Source of the DNA: Schmidtea polychroa
Taxonomy: Eukaryota
DNA: 64,000 nucleotides
NCBI GenBank assembly: GCA_044892525.1
Contig: CM097885.1
Coordinates: forward strand, 30,072,001-30,136,000
Direction of reading: 5' to 3'
The first letter of the stretch is position 1. Every line of letters starts with the position of its first letter. Under the pieces are notes generated by a model. The model was not told the DNA's origin, ran no database searches, and saw only the letters and a list, made by a program, of their open reading frames with translations. The translations under genes were made by a program, and so were the position numbers. Shown piece after piece: positions 1 through 9,041 of this stretch.

Positions 1-1
1 A

Positions 2-796
2 AAAGATACAACTCAACATGCTGAATCTATAATATTAAATGAGGTAATAACACAACAACAGGGGCCAACAATTAAAGCTATAAAAGAGTTGGAAGATTTC
101 AATGAACAAGCAAAATTTAAAGAGTTAGAAGATAAAAAACAAAAAATAAAAGAACTAGAGTGGCAGGATAAAGAAAAAGAATCCAGTGAAAACCATCCTG
201 AAAGAAATCAAAGAAAACGCAGAAGAATTTCTAATGTGGAAGAAGAAGAAATGTTTTTAAAAACAAAACCTCTTAAAGTTGATCCTAAAATTAGAGATGA
301 TTTACCTCCTTCAATTAGACCCACATTTAATACTAATACTGAAGGATATCAAATAATAACAATTAATAAACAAAACTTTACTTTATATTCAAATTCAGAA
401 AATAAATCACGTATTCATTCACAAAATGTTTATAATAATGAATATTTAGACTTTGAATTTACAGATGATTTTTATAGATTACTTTGTGGATATTCTTCAG
501 ATGATGTTGAAGAAATTAAAAAATATTTAAATTTAATAAGATTAATAAGAGCTAGTTCTAAAGCAAAATATATTCAAGATTTAAAGAATTATTTAAATAA
601 AAATGAAAAGGGTTATGTTGTTACAGAGAGAGAGGGATTGGATCCCATCAATCTTTTTATTGAATTAAGAAAACTATTAGCTGCAAGGAAAGCAGGACAT
701 AATAATTTAGATTCTGATATTTTAAAGATTTCTAAAGATTTGTTAAAACAAGGAATAATTTCAAAAGATAAATTTAATAAGTATACGAAGTTATAA
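2..796 (+). CDS. Conserved Polinton protein of unknown function, 5'-partial
   Basis: Frame is open from the window start. C-terminal DPINLFIELRKLLAARKAGHNN...ILKISKDLLKQGII resembles the DPNELxxRLxLLxAxxxAGN motif recurrent in Polinton ORFs. Confidence 0.7.
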   Translation, partial: KDTTQHAESIILNEVITQQQGPTIKAIKELEDFNEQAKFKELEDKKQKIKELEWQDKEKESSENHPERNQRKRRRISNVEEEEMFLKTKPLKVDPKIRDDLPPSIRPTFNTNTEGYQIITINKQNFTLYSNSENKSRIHSQNVYNNEYLDFEFTDDFYRLLCGYSSDDVEEIKKYLNLIRLIRASSKAKYIQDLKNYLNKNEKGYVVTEREGLDPINLFIELRKLLAARKAGHNNLDSDILKISKDLLKQGIISKDKFNKYTKL

Positions 797-818
797 ATAC
801 GAAGTTTTAAAATACAAA

Positions 819-1283
819 ATGACTCCTTCAATATTAGATTTTTTAAAAACATTTGGAATAAATACAAAAACAAATTTCAATTTAAAAGATTATGCAAATT
901 ATTTAAATTTAAAAATTAAAATATTAATGAATGATGAATTATCAAGTCTGGAGAGTCCCCTGAATATAATAATCAATTATCAAAATTCAAATGAAAAAGG
1001 ATCTCATTGGGTTTGTATATATAAGAAATCTATCTACTTTGATTCTTTTGGGATTAAACCTACTAAAGAAGTTGAAGATTATCTCTTGAGGGGTTCTCCG
1101 ATTGATTCCCCAAATGGTTATACTTTTAACTCTTTACAAGTTCAACCTTTGAATACTAAAATATGTGGTATTTTAAGTTTATATGTTTTGTATAGATTGA
1201 ATAAGGGAGAGGGAAAGGGGCATACGCAGGATTTTGAATCTATAATTCAAGAAATTTATAATGATCTAGAATCTCTACTATAA
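819..1283 (+). CDS. Adenain-like (C5) capsid maturation cysteine protease
   Basis: GSHWVC, YFDSFG and QVQPLNTKICG give the His/Asp/Gln/Cys catalytic set of adenoviral/Polinton proteases. Confidence 0.93.
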   Translation: MTPSILDFLKTFGINTKTNFNLKDYANYLNLKIKILMNDELSSLESPLNIIINYQNSNEKGSHWVCIYKKSIYFDSFGIKPTKEVEDYLLRGSPIDSPNGYTFNSLQVQPLNTKICGILSLYVLYRLNKGEGKGHTQDFESIIQEIYNDLESLL

Positions 1284-1331
1284 GGATTTTTACTATAAGG
1301 ATTTTTACTATATGAATTTACTACTAAAGAA

Positions 1332-2095
1332 ATGGAGCTTCACAACCCTCCGGAAGATAATTTAAAAAAAATGGTAAACATAATGTCAGATAAATATTCA
1401 AGAACTTTATCTATAAATTCAAAAGAATCAGACTTTACTATAAACTTTCAAGATTCAATTAAATTAGATCAAAATTTAAATTATGAATTGGGGCTATTAT
1501 GGTTTTGTGCTTATAATACTATTTTTAATATAACTAAAGATAATAATAAATTTACTATTCAAACTCGTGATGGACATAAACCAGAAATTATAACAATAGA
1601 ACCTGGGGCATATGAGATAAAAGATTTAAATGATATACTTTCTAAAAAAACAAATGAAGGTATTAAAATTAAAATGGATATACCAACTTCAAAATGTGTA
1701 ATGACTTTGAAGAATATAAAAATTAGTTTTTAGATAATTGTTTCTTTCACACAGTTTTAGGATTTAAACCTATGGATATAACAATAAAAGAAGATAAAAT
1801 AATAACATCAGAAAATATTATAAAAATAATAAATACAAACACAATAAATATTCATTGTGATTGTATAACAGGTTCTTATAATAATGGTAAACAAACAAAT
1901 GTTTTATATTCCTTTCCCTCAAACACAGTTCCAATGGGATATAAAATAGTTGAAAGAATGAATCCTCCAAATTATTTACCTTTATGTAGAAAATATATAA
2001 TGGATATTAATTTTAAAATTCTTAATCAAGAAGGAGAATTGATTGATTTTAATGGAGAAGAGATTTCAATGTATTTACATTTGAAACAGGTTTGA
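1332..2095 (+). CDS. Minor capsid (penton) protein, split by a 1-nt frameshift near 1730
   Basis: Motifs SDFTINF..IKL..YELGL, IEPGAYEIKDLN, VLGF, INIHCDCITGSY.NGKQTNVLYSF and NQEGELIDFNGE..YLHLK match Polinton minor capsid. Adding one T to AGTTTTTAG joins ORFs 1332-1733 and 1772-2095 via FLDNCFFHTVLGF. Confidence 0.85.
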
Positions 2096-2119
2096 AGATT
2101 CATTTTAAATTATTAATAA

Positions 2120-3130
2120 ATGAGTTCTTATATTCCATGTAATAGAGGTGGTGGAACAATAAAAACAGGGTTTAATACAGAAGAAATATTAACTTTAACA
2201 GAAAATAAATATATTAATGAAAGAGGTGATTCAATGAAGGGTGATTTAATTTTAAATGGACACAAGATAAAAGAATTATCTTTTCCAACTGATGAAGCTG
2301 ATGCAGTTAATAAGAAATATGTAGATGGTGTTAAAAAATATACTGATTTAACAACAACAAGAATTGAAAGTTCATTAACAACAAAAATTGATTCAATGGA
2401 ATCAAAGCTTAATAATATCGAACAACGATTTAATGATAAATTTGACAAGTTACAAAGTCTGTTAACTGAACAAGTTGTAAAGTTAAATACTACCATATTA
2501 AATTCTAAAGATAAACAAATTATGAATACTAAATTTAATACAATATATAAGATAATAAATGAGATGATTACATCATTTAATAAAAGAATTTCAAATTTAG
2601 AGTCTCATGGAACACACATTAATACCACACATAGTATTAGAAAAAGAGCTGCTGAATTAGAACAGAATAAAACATTATTACCCCATGCATATAAACATTT
2701 TATAGAACCAAGTTTAATAACAACAAACAGTAAAGAATGGGGTGTTTTTATGGTTGTAAAGATTATTGATCCTTATTTCTTTTTTTTTGATGATGATAAT
2801 GAAAGAATGAAATGGTTTGTGAAATGTGATTATAATAGTAAGCTTGAAAAGGGTGATGTTATAATGACTAGTTATGATTTACCACACGGAGATTGGTATG
2901 TTAATACTCATTCACATGGACTACATAAAGTTAAAAGTAAGAATATTATTTTTAAAAGCACACTTGTACAATATATAGATTTAATATTTTATGAAAAAAA
3001 GGTTGATGTTGATGAAGTTCGTAAAGCATTAAGAGAATTGTATAAAGATATCCTCTCAACAAGAGTTTCTTTTGATATCCGAGTATTGGTACCAGATGGT
3101 GCTCAGAAGAATAAAGTCTTATTTTTTTAA
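2120..3130 (+). CDS. Putative virion fibre/spike-like protein
   Basis: N-terminal GDSMKGDLILNGHKIKELSFPTDEADAVNKKYVD resembles phage tail-fibre/trimeric adhesin neck repeats. It is followed by a long heptad-like coiled coil and a distinct C-terminal domain. Confidence 0.55.
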   Translation: MSSYIPCNRGGGTIKTGFNTEEILTLTENKYINERGDSMKGDLILNGHKIKELSFPTDEADAVNKKYVDGVKKYTDLTTTRIESSLTTKIDSMESKLNNIEQRFNDKFDKLQSLLTEQVVKLNTTILNSKDKQIMNTKFNTIYKIINEMITSFNKRISNLESHGTHINTTHSIRKRAAELEQNKTLLPHAYKHFIEPSLITTNSKEWGVFMVVKIIDPYFFFFDDDNERMKWFVKCDYNSKLEKGDVIMTSYDLPHGDWYVNTHSHGLHKVKSKNIIFKSTLVQYIDLIFYEKKVDVDEVRKALRELYKDILSTRVSFDIRVLVPDGAQKNKVLFF

Positions 3131-3138
3131 TTATTAAA

Positions 3139-3735
3139 ATGGAAGAAGTAAGAGAAGAAAAAATTTACCCAGAATTGAGATCATCAGGATATTATTCTTC
3201 CAAGGCCTCGGCTCCCACAGAACTTGAAATTATGAGAGTAAAAGAATTTAAATCAGAAACCTTACATTTACAAGATTTATTAAAGCATTATAAAAAAATT
3301 AAAAATAGATGGAATAAAGGGAATACAGTTTTAAAAGTTATAGGTTATTCTTTAGGATTTGCATCTGCAATATTAACAGTTATTTTACCCATAACTTTAC
3401 CAGTTGTTACTCTTGCACCTGTAATACTTGGAAGTATTTCTGTAGCTGATGGTTTCTTAACTGAAATAGTTTCATTATCTTATACTTCTAAAAAGAAAAG
3501 TTTATATAGAGAAGTTTCTTTATCAATAGAATTAGGAATCTCTAAATTATTTTTATTTCAATTAAAAGCTTTGGAAGATGGAATCCTGACTGACGAAGAA
3601 ATAATGAAATCAAATCAAATAATACAAGATATAAAGAATGAGGTTATAAGATTAAAAAGGGAGGGCATGGTGGCTAATGTTATAAGTAATAAAAAAACAT
3701 CTCGAGAAAAATGGTTAAAGAATTCTTACTTATAA
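3139..3735 (+). CDS. Two-TM membrane protein of the Polinton/adintovirus accessory type
   Basis: Hydrophobic hairpin VLKVIGYSLGFASAILTVILPITLPVVTLAPVILGSISVA, flanked by a basic helix and a C-terminal KALEDGILTDEE motif. N-terminal IYPEL...ASAP. Confidence 0.65.
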   Translation: MEEVREEKIYPELRSSGYYSSKASAPTELEIMRVKEFKSETLHLQDLLKHYKKIKNRWNKGNTVLKVIGYSLGFASAILTVILPITLPVVTLAPVILGSISVADGFLTEIVSLSYTSKKKSLYREVSLSIELGISKLFLFQLKALEDGILTDEEIMKSNQIIQDIKNEVIRLKREGMVANVISNKKTSREKWLKNSYL

Positions 3736-3736
3736 A

Positions 3737-4039
3737 ATGGATGTATTTTTAAAAAAAGTAGATCAAGTTGCTATAGTTGATACTTCTAAATTAAACATGT
3801 TTTTATTAAAAGAAAAAGCTTTAGAGTTTACTAAGATTTTAAGTGAGAATCCTAATTTTACTCAATCTCAAATTTGTAAAATGTTAGGTACTTCGGATTC
3901 TACTATGAGACAAACGATAATAAAAATCTTAATAAGAAATATTCTTGAGATCTGTATACTATTATTTTTCAATCGAAGAAATTCATTAATTAAATCATTA
4001 AATAATGTTTTAGATAAAATAACTTTTGAATCGTTATAA
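3737..4039 (+). CDS. Small HTH DNA-binding protein, probably truncated or chimeric at ~3910
   Basis: NPNFTQSQICKMLGTSDSTMR is a helix-turn-helix-like segment. The sequence after it is the antisense of ORF 3868-4101. Confidence 0.5.
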   Translation: MDVFLKKVDQVAIVDTSKLNMFLLKEKALEFTKILSENPNFTQSQICKMLGTSDSTMRQTIIKILIRNILEICILLFFNRRNSLIKSLNNVLDKITFESL

Positions 4040-4101
4040 TATGATTTTATATTTTCATATATTATTTTTAAATCTTCATTAGTCAGGATTGGATTACTCA
4101 T
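3868..4101 (-). CDS. Small Polinton ORF downstream of polB, unknown function (possibly 3'-truncated)
   Basis: ATG lies 25 nt after the polB stop on the same strand with an A-rich context. It overlaps the convergent HTH ORF. Confidence 0.4.
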   Translation of the reverse strand: MSNPILTNEDLKIIYENIKSYYNDSKVILSKTLFNDLINEFLRLKNNSIQISRIFLIKIFIIVCLIVESEVPNILQI

Positions 4102-4125
4102 TTTTAAATCTAAAAAACAATAGAT

Positions 4126-7100
4126 TCAGTCATGACTGAAAGTCACTGAAAGTCTACTTAACTGATTTTTATTATAATTAAATTCTTCATCAGTTAGATT
4201 TTTTATATATTCTTCTTCAGTGTTGAAACATTTTTTCTCTATAGAGATTGAATTTTTAACTTGACAATATAAAGGTTTGTTATCAAGGTAATCGAATTGA
4301 GGAGGGATCTCTGGGTATATAATCTCAACTTTATAAATATCAAGATCAGTAATCTTTAAATTATAAACTTCATTTATTTTTTCAAGATTTTTTATTATAG
4401 GTATTAAATCATTTCCAATTGGGAGAGTTGTTTTTAAATCACTTAGAATAAATCTTTTATCATCATAATTTGATAGTGATATCTTGGCTGATTCTTGTTG
4501 ATACATATTATGCTTCTCAGATTTAAGTTGATGAACCTCTTCTATTTTATCTTGATGGTTTTCTTTTAGTGCATCTTTATAATCTTGATGAGTGATATTC
4601 TTAGATACTGATTTTTGTATACCTTTACATTTGTTATCTTTAAAAGTTTTTGTGTTTGTTATTATTGGTCGTTCAAATGTATAATCCATTTCTTCCATTT
4701 CCTTAGTTATTGGATTTTTATACATGATTTTAATTGTTTGCTTTTCTGTTTTTGGTTTTTCTGTCTCTTCAAGAGAATATTGTTTAGCTCTAATAAATAC
4801 TGCATCTAATATTATCTTATTTGGTTTTTCATCTTTGAAGGTGAATAATTCTCCAGATGAATTTATTAGTTTTGAAAGTATAGGATTTTCAGCTATTTCT
4901 TTTTTCACATCTTTACCATGTATTTTTAAAAAGAAACTATCTGTATCCATTGCACATAAGCATACTCGATCTCCAAAATGTGGAGTAAAAACATCATAAT
5001 AGGTTTCATACATTTGTAATTTAGAAAGCTCTAAGATTGCAAAGCCCATAGAGATTGGTTTATTATAAGTTTTTTCATTATTTTTTATTTCAATTGCAAC
5101 TAGATTCTTTGAAAATACTTCAGCATTTTTAAATGTAGGTTTTCCAAGCATTCGATTATATCTATTAAAATCCTTTTGAGTATTTGTTAGGAGTTCTATT
5201 CGTGTGTATTTGTCAACATTTTCCATAGTCTTGCCAAAGACTGCATTATTTAAAAGTTTATAAATCACATCTAGATAGATATTTCCAACTCTTTTTGCTT
5301 CATTTCTTTTCTTGATATTTCCTTCTATGAAGTTTTTCATAAATGGTGCTTGTTTGAATTTTATAATATTATGAATCTTCTTCAAACGCATTCCATGAGA
5401 AAGATAAAATTGAAGGAGTCTATAATGACAAAGATAATATTCTCTATCAGTTTGGTCACATAAAAGTTTTATTGCAGTTGCTATAAGTTTTAAGATTTGC
5501 CAAGGTGAAAGTTCTTCTAGATCTATCATTCTTTTTATTGGTGAATAGGGAAGAAATCTAGTTCTAGATTTTATTCTATTTGGGTATTCGAGATCACATT
5601 CTATAGCATATCCAATATCAGAATCTTTAGGGGTTAATAGTATTTTTTTTATAAGAGCATCTAGTTTTTCTTTTTCTTTAGGAATATCAACCCAGGAGAA
5701 CTCACCAGTTGGTAAATGTTGAGACATTACACCCCCATATAGAGCAGTTGCATCACAATAAAATATTTCAAATGGATCGGTTAAACCCTCTGTTATTAAT
5801 TTAGAGTCTTCTGGAGTTTCTATTTTAATATAGTCTGCATCAGTATCTTTAAAATATTTTCTAGTAAGAGTTATGGAATTATTTGCAGTTATTTCTCTAT
5901 CCCCCATTACAGAAGAAATACCCCCTCTAATATTATGTTTAAATACATTAAACATGTCAAGATCTTTTATTAATTCTATTTTTTTATTCTTATCAGAATG
6001 ACTTTCAGAATCCCCCTCAGAAATCCATTTATTATATAACATTATATCCCAAGCTAGAGCTGGCAGTGTTATATAATTATATGGTTTTAATTCAAAGGTT
6101 TTACAGAAGATTTCAAAACAGTCTGCTAAAATATAAACATCAAGGGATAAATACATGTCAGTATATTCTCCAAGGTTTTTACAGTTAAATAATTCCCACA
6201 TTTTATTTGCTCGAGAATATTCTTGATCTGTAATATTTGATAGTTGTAGTTTTGAATAGAATGCTTCTTTCTCTGGTAATTTTGTTTCATTATATCTTTC
6301 AAATGAATTCATATAATCATAAGGGTAGATTCCTTTTGATAGACATGTTGGATATTCTTCTGGAGGAATATTATATTTTATCAAAACTTGCTCTGTTGTA
6401 TATTTAAAGTCTTCTGGTTTCATTGTTTTAGCTATTGCATCTAGAGACATTTGAAGAAAGTTTAACGAGTCTATAAATTTTAAACAACCAAATTGCACAC
6501 ATTTATATTTTTCTTTTGTTAAGCCAATTACCTTGAAAGAGCTTTTAGCATTTACAGCTAGAGCCTTTATAAATAAATGTAAATCATACCCAAAAAGATT
6601 ATGAAATATAACTGGTATAAATTTAGGAGTATAACAATTAAGATTGCAATTTTTATGGGCTGCTCCTCGATAATTATTTTCACTTTTAAAATGATCATGA
6701 TCAGGGACTTTAGTGTTTGAAGATTGTTGTCCTTCATGAAACATTCTTTGTTCCTCTTCTTCAATAATATTAATATAAGACTCAATGTCCGAAGGTCCTA
6801 TGTCCAAAGACTCAAGATCCTCAGGGAGTTGATCCTCAGGATGACTTTCAGAATGTCCTTCAGAATGACTTTCAGAAATTGAAGTTGTAAAGCCCTCAAA
6901 TGGTTGTTTACACATCCAACAATTTGAAGCATTTTCATATTCTTCAAATTGTTCATCTGAGAAATTTATTTTATAATCTGTTTTTAATATATTAAATAAT
7001 TCATGTTCTAAATCATTTACACTATTAACAAAATGATTTAAAGCATCTTCTGAAGAAGTTCCTCTATATGAATATTCTTTAGATTCTATAAGTTCAGGAT

Positions 7101-8928
7101 AATTACTTTTAAAAAATAGTTTATAAGCTGATGGTATTTGTTTAGCAGTTCTTATTGTATAAGATTTTCTATTTTCCCATAGAAAGTTTTTCATAGTCTG
7201 CCATATTGGTCTTGACGTTTGACCTTCGGACGGAGTCCCTTCAGAATAATCCTCAGCCCTGCGCATGCCCTCCACCCTTTCCCAAGAATCTAATAAATTA
7301 TGTTTTTCTATTATTTTTAAATATTCTGTTTCTAAATCGTGTTCTATATTTACTGCTTCAAAGTCACCATATATTACACCTAATGATTCTAATAAATTAG
7401 AAAAATTTTTAAACTGCATGTCTGTGTTTGTAGGCATTTTAATTAAAGCTGGTTTGTTCTTCTCACATAATCTTTCATGTTTAATTATAGCATTTTTTGT
7501 TGTTGAATAATGTAAACATCTTTTACAAGTTGTTCCACCTCTAGCTAGATTTCTTGTACGCATAAAACTTTGAAAGTTTTTTATTAAAATATAATGTTGA
7601 TTCCTTTCTAGGTTTGATAGGTTCCCTTCATCAACCCCTTCAACCTGCCATTCCTCTTCATCTAGTGCTGACTCAAATAGACCTGGGTCCTCCTCCTCTT
7701 CTTGTTGAAGATTTAAATCTTGGCCTGGATCTTCTTCATCTTCATTATAAACATAACCTTGATTAAACTCTCTTTGATCAACACTATTAAATTCTTCTAA
7801 TATTAAAAGATCTATTTCTCTATTTTTATCTTGTTCTAATAATTCTTTATTTGAAATATAAATTGGAATAATATGTCTTATAGAAACATCTTTCTCTGGA
7901 ACATGTTCATAAATATTAAGTTTAATATTATTTAAATTTTCAAATTTTGGAATGTCTTCAATTTTCATTGGGTGTTCAAATCCTTTTGGATAAATTAATT
8001 CATTTTCATATTGTTCATATTTTTTAACTCTTTGAGGATTCTTTGCTTGAGGATGTAAGTGAGCAAGTATTGCCCATTGAAAACATTTGTTATCACCATT
8101 CTGTACATTAATAACATAGCTCGAGTTGAATGGTGTACGGATAAAAGATTGAGGATTTGGGGGTGCTGCTCTCCAATATTCAATTTCTATAGATTGGAAA
8201 GAATGAAATCTTAAATTTGATTCTCCCAATTCTTGTTCTACAACCTCTTGTTGTTCTCCCATCTCTTTACATAAATCATTGATGGTTTTATTTATTCCTT
8301 TTGTTGAGAATAAATATTTAAAACATGATTCAACACTAGAATCTAAAAAAGATGTATCTGCCCCTTCTCCTCTCCAATATTTTGTAGAGATTCTAACTTT
8401 ATATTTTATAATATTAAATCTTGATCGACCAAAAATTCTTATAGCATTATCCATTGAGTTTTTTATGTTTTGCTTATTTTCTCTTATATACTCTGAGATT
8501 GTGGAGGCAAACATTTGATCTCCAAATACATCTATGTGATTGAAGTTGTCCCAATTATATTTTTCTTTTTCAATATGTTCAGGTTCAATATCAGAATCCT
8601 CAGAGTCAGAATCTCTTTTAGGTATTGGTTGTTTGTTTTTTATAGCACATGATTTTACATGTTTTAAATAATAAGATTTTATATTAAATTTTGATTTACA
8701 TATAGGACATTCAAATTTTTCTCTATTTTTAGGAACTCCAATACAACTTTCAAAATGTTTATTATATCCTGAAAGTAAATATCTAACTTTACATTTGGTA
8801 CAAATTTTTGAGTTTGAATTATCAAGTCTATTTGTTTTTAATAAATGAGCTTTTGATTTTTGATGAGATACTAGAGCAGTTCTATTTTTAAAATTTTTTT
8901 GACAAACCTCGCAATTATAAATATTCAT
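4126..8928 (-). CDS. polB: Protein-primed family B DNA polymerase polyprotein (pPolB), 1600 aa
   Basis: ExoI YGDFEA, ExoII FHNLFGYDLHLF, ExoIII YLSLDVYILAD. Polymerase motifs YCDATALYGGVM, KLLNNAVFGK, MDTDSF, RAKQYS, KCKGI and YDDKR. EndoVII-like CWMC...DHDH...YRGAAHKNCNL. N-terminal zinc fingers. Confidence 0.97.
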   Translation of the reverse strand: MNIYNCEVCQKNFKNRTALVSHQKSKAHLLKTNRLDNSNSKICTKCKVRYLLSGYNKHFESCIGVPKNREKFECPICKSKFNIKSYYLKHVKSCAIKNKQPIPKRDSDSEDSDIEPEHIEKEKYNWDNFNHIDVFGDQMFASTISEYIRENKQNIKNSMDNAIRIFGRSRFNIIKYKVRISTKYWRGEGADTSFLDSSVESCFKYLFSTKGINKTINDLCKEMGEQQEVVEQELGESNLRFHSFQSIEIEYWRAAPPNPQSFIRTPFNSSYVINVQNGDNKCFQWAILAHLHPQAKNPQRVKKYEQYENELIYPKGFEHPMKIEDIPKFENLNNIKLNIYEHVPEKDVSIRHIIPIYISNKELLEQDKNREIDLLILEEFNSVDQREFNQGYVYNEDEEDPGQDLNLQQEEEEDPGLFESALDEEEWQVEGVDEGNLSNLERNQHYILIKNFQSFMRTRNLARGGTTCKRCLHYSTTKNAIIKHERLCEKNKPALIKMPTNTDMQFKNFSNLLESLGVIYGDFEAVNIEHDLETEYLKIIEKHNLLDSWERVEGMRRAEDYSEGTPSEGQTSRPIWQTMKNFLWENRKSYTIRTAKQIPSAYKLFFKSNYPELIESKEYSYRGTSSEDALNHFVNSVNDLEHELFNILKTDYKINFSDEQFEEYENASNCWMCKQPFEGFTTSISESHSEGHSESHPEDQLPEDLESLDIGPSDIESYINIIEEEEQRMFHEGQQSSNTKVPDHDHFKSENNYRGAAHKNCNLNCYTPKFIPVIFHNLFGYDLHLFIKALAVNAKSSFKVIGLTKEKYKCVQFGCLKFIDSLNFLQMSLDAIAKTMKPEDFKYTTEQVLIKYNIPPEEYPTCLSKGIYPYDYMNSFERYNETKLPEKEAFYSKLQLSNITDQEYSRANKMWELFNCKNLGEYTDMYLSLDVYILADCFEIFCKTFELKPYNYITLPALAWDIMLYNKWISEGDSESHSDKNKKIELIKDLDMFNVFKHNIRGGISSVMGDREITANNSITLTRKYFKDTDADYIKIETPEDSKLITEGLTDPFEIFYCDATALYGGVMSQHLPTGEFSWVDIPKEKEKLDALIKKILLTPKDSDIGYAIECDLEYPNRIKSRTRFLPYSPIKRMIDLEELSPWQILKLIATAIKLLCDQTDREYYLCHYRLLQFYLSHGMRLKKIHNIIKFKQAPFMKNFIEGNIKKRNEAKRVGNIYLDVIYKLLNNAVFGKTMENVDKYTRIELLTNTQKDFNRYNRMLGKPTFKNAEVFSKNLVAIEIKNNEKTYNKPISMGFAILELSKLQMYETYYDVFTPHFGDRVCLCAMDTDSFFLKIHGKDVKKEIAENPILSKLINSSGELFTFKDEKPNKIILDAVFIRAKQYSLEETEKPKTEKQTIKIMYKNPITKEMEEMDYTFERPIITNTKTFKDNKCKGIQKSVSKNITHQDYKDALKENHQDKIEEVHQLKSEKHNMYQQESAKISLSNYDDKRFILSDLKTTLPIGNDLIPIIKNLEKINEVYNLKITDLDIYKVEIIYPEIPPQFDYLDNKPLYCQVKNSISIEKKCFNTEEEYIKNLTDEEFNYNKNQLSRLSVTFSHD

Positions 8929-9012
8929 TTTTTAAAAAAATTTTTTTATTGGATACTCTGTTTTTAGATTTTTAAAATATTTATATTTATCAAACCTATC
9001 ATTTTACCAAAC

Positions 9013-9027
9013 CTGGCAGCTTGCCAA
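9013..9027. promoter_or_regulatory. NFI/CTF consensus site CTGGC-N5-GCCAA upstream of polB
   Basis: CTGGCAGCTTGCCAA matches YTGGC(N5)GCCAR. Function is not demonstrated. Confidence 0.35.
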
Positions 9028-9041
9028 TCGATAATCATATA

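Noticed and set aside
2633..2655. Furin-like site SIRKRAA in the fibre-like ORF
   Set aside because: Lacks the P4 Arg, and the protein has no signal peptide.
4615..8518. Short antisense or alternate-frame ORFs within polB (and similar ones within gag/pol and ASTE1)
   Set aside because: Shadow ORFs of real coding sequence with no independent signal.
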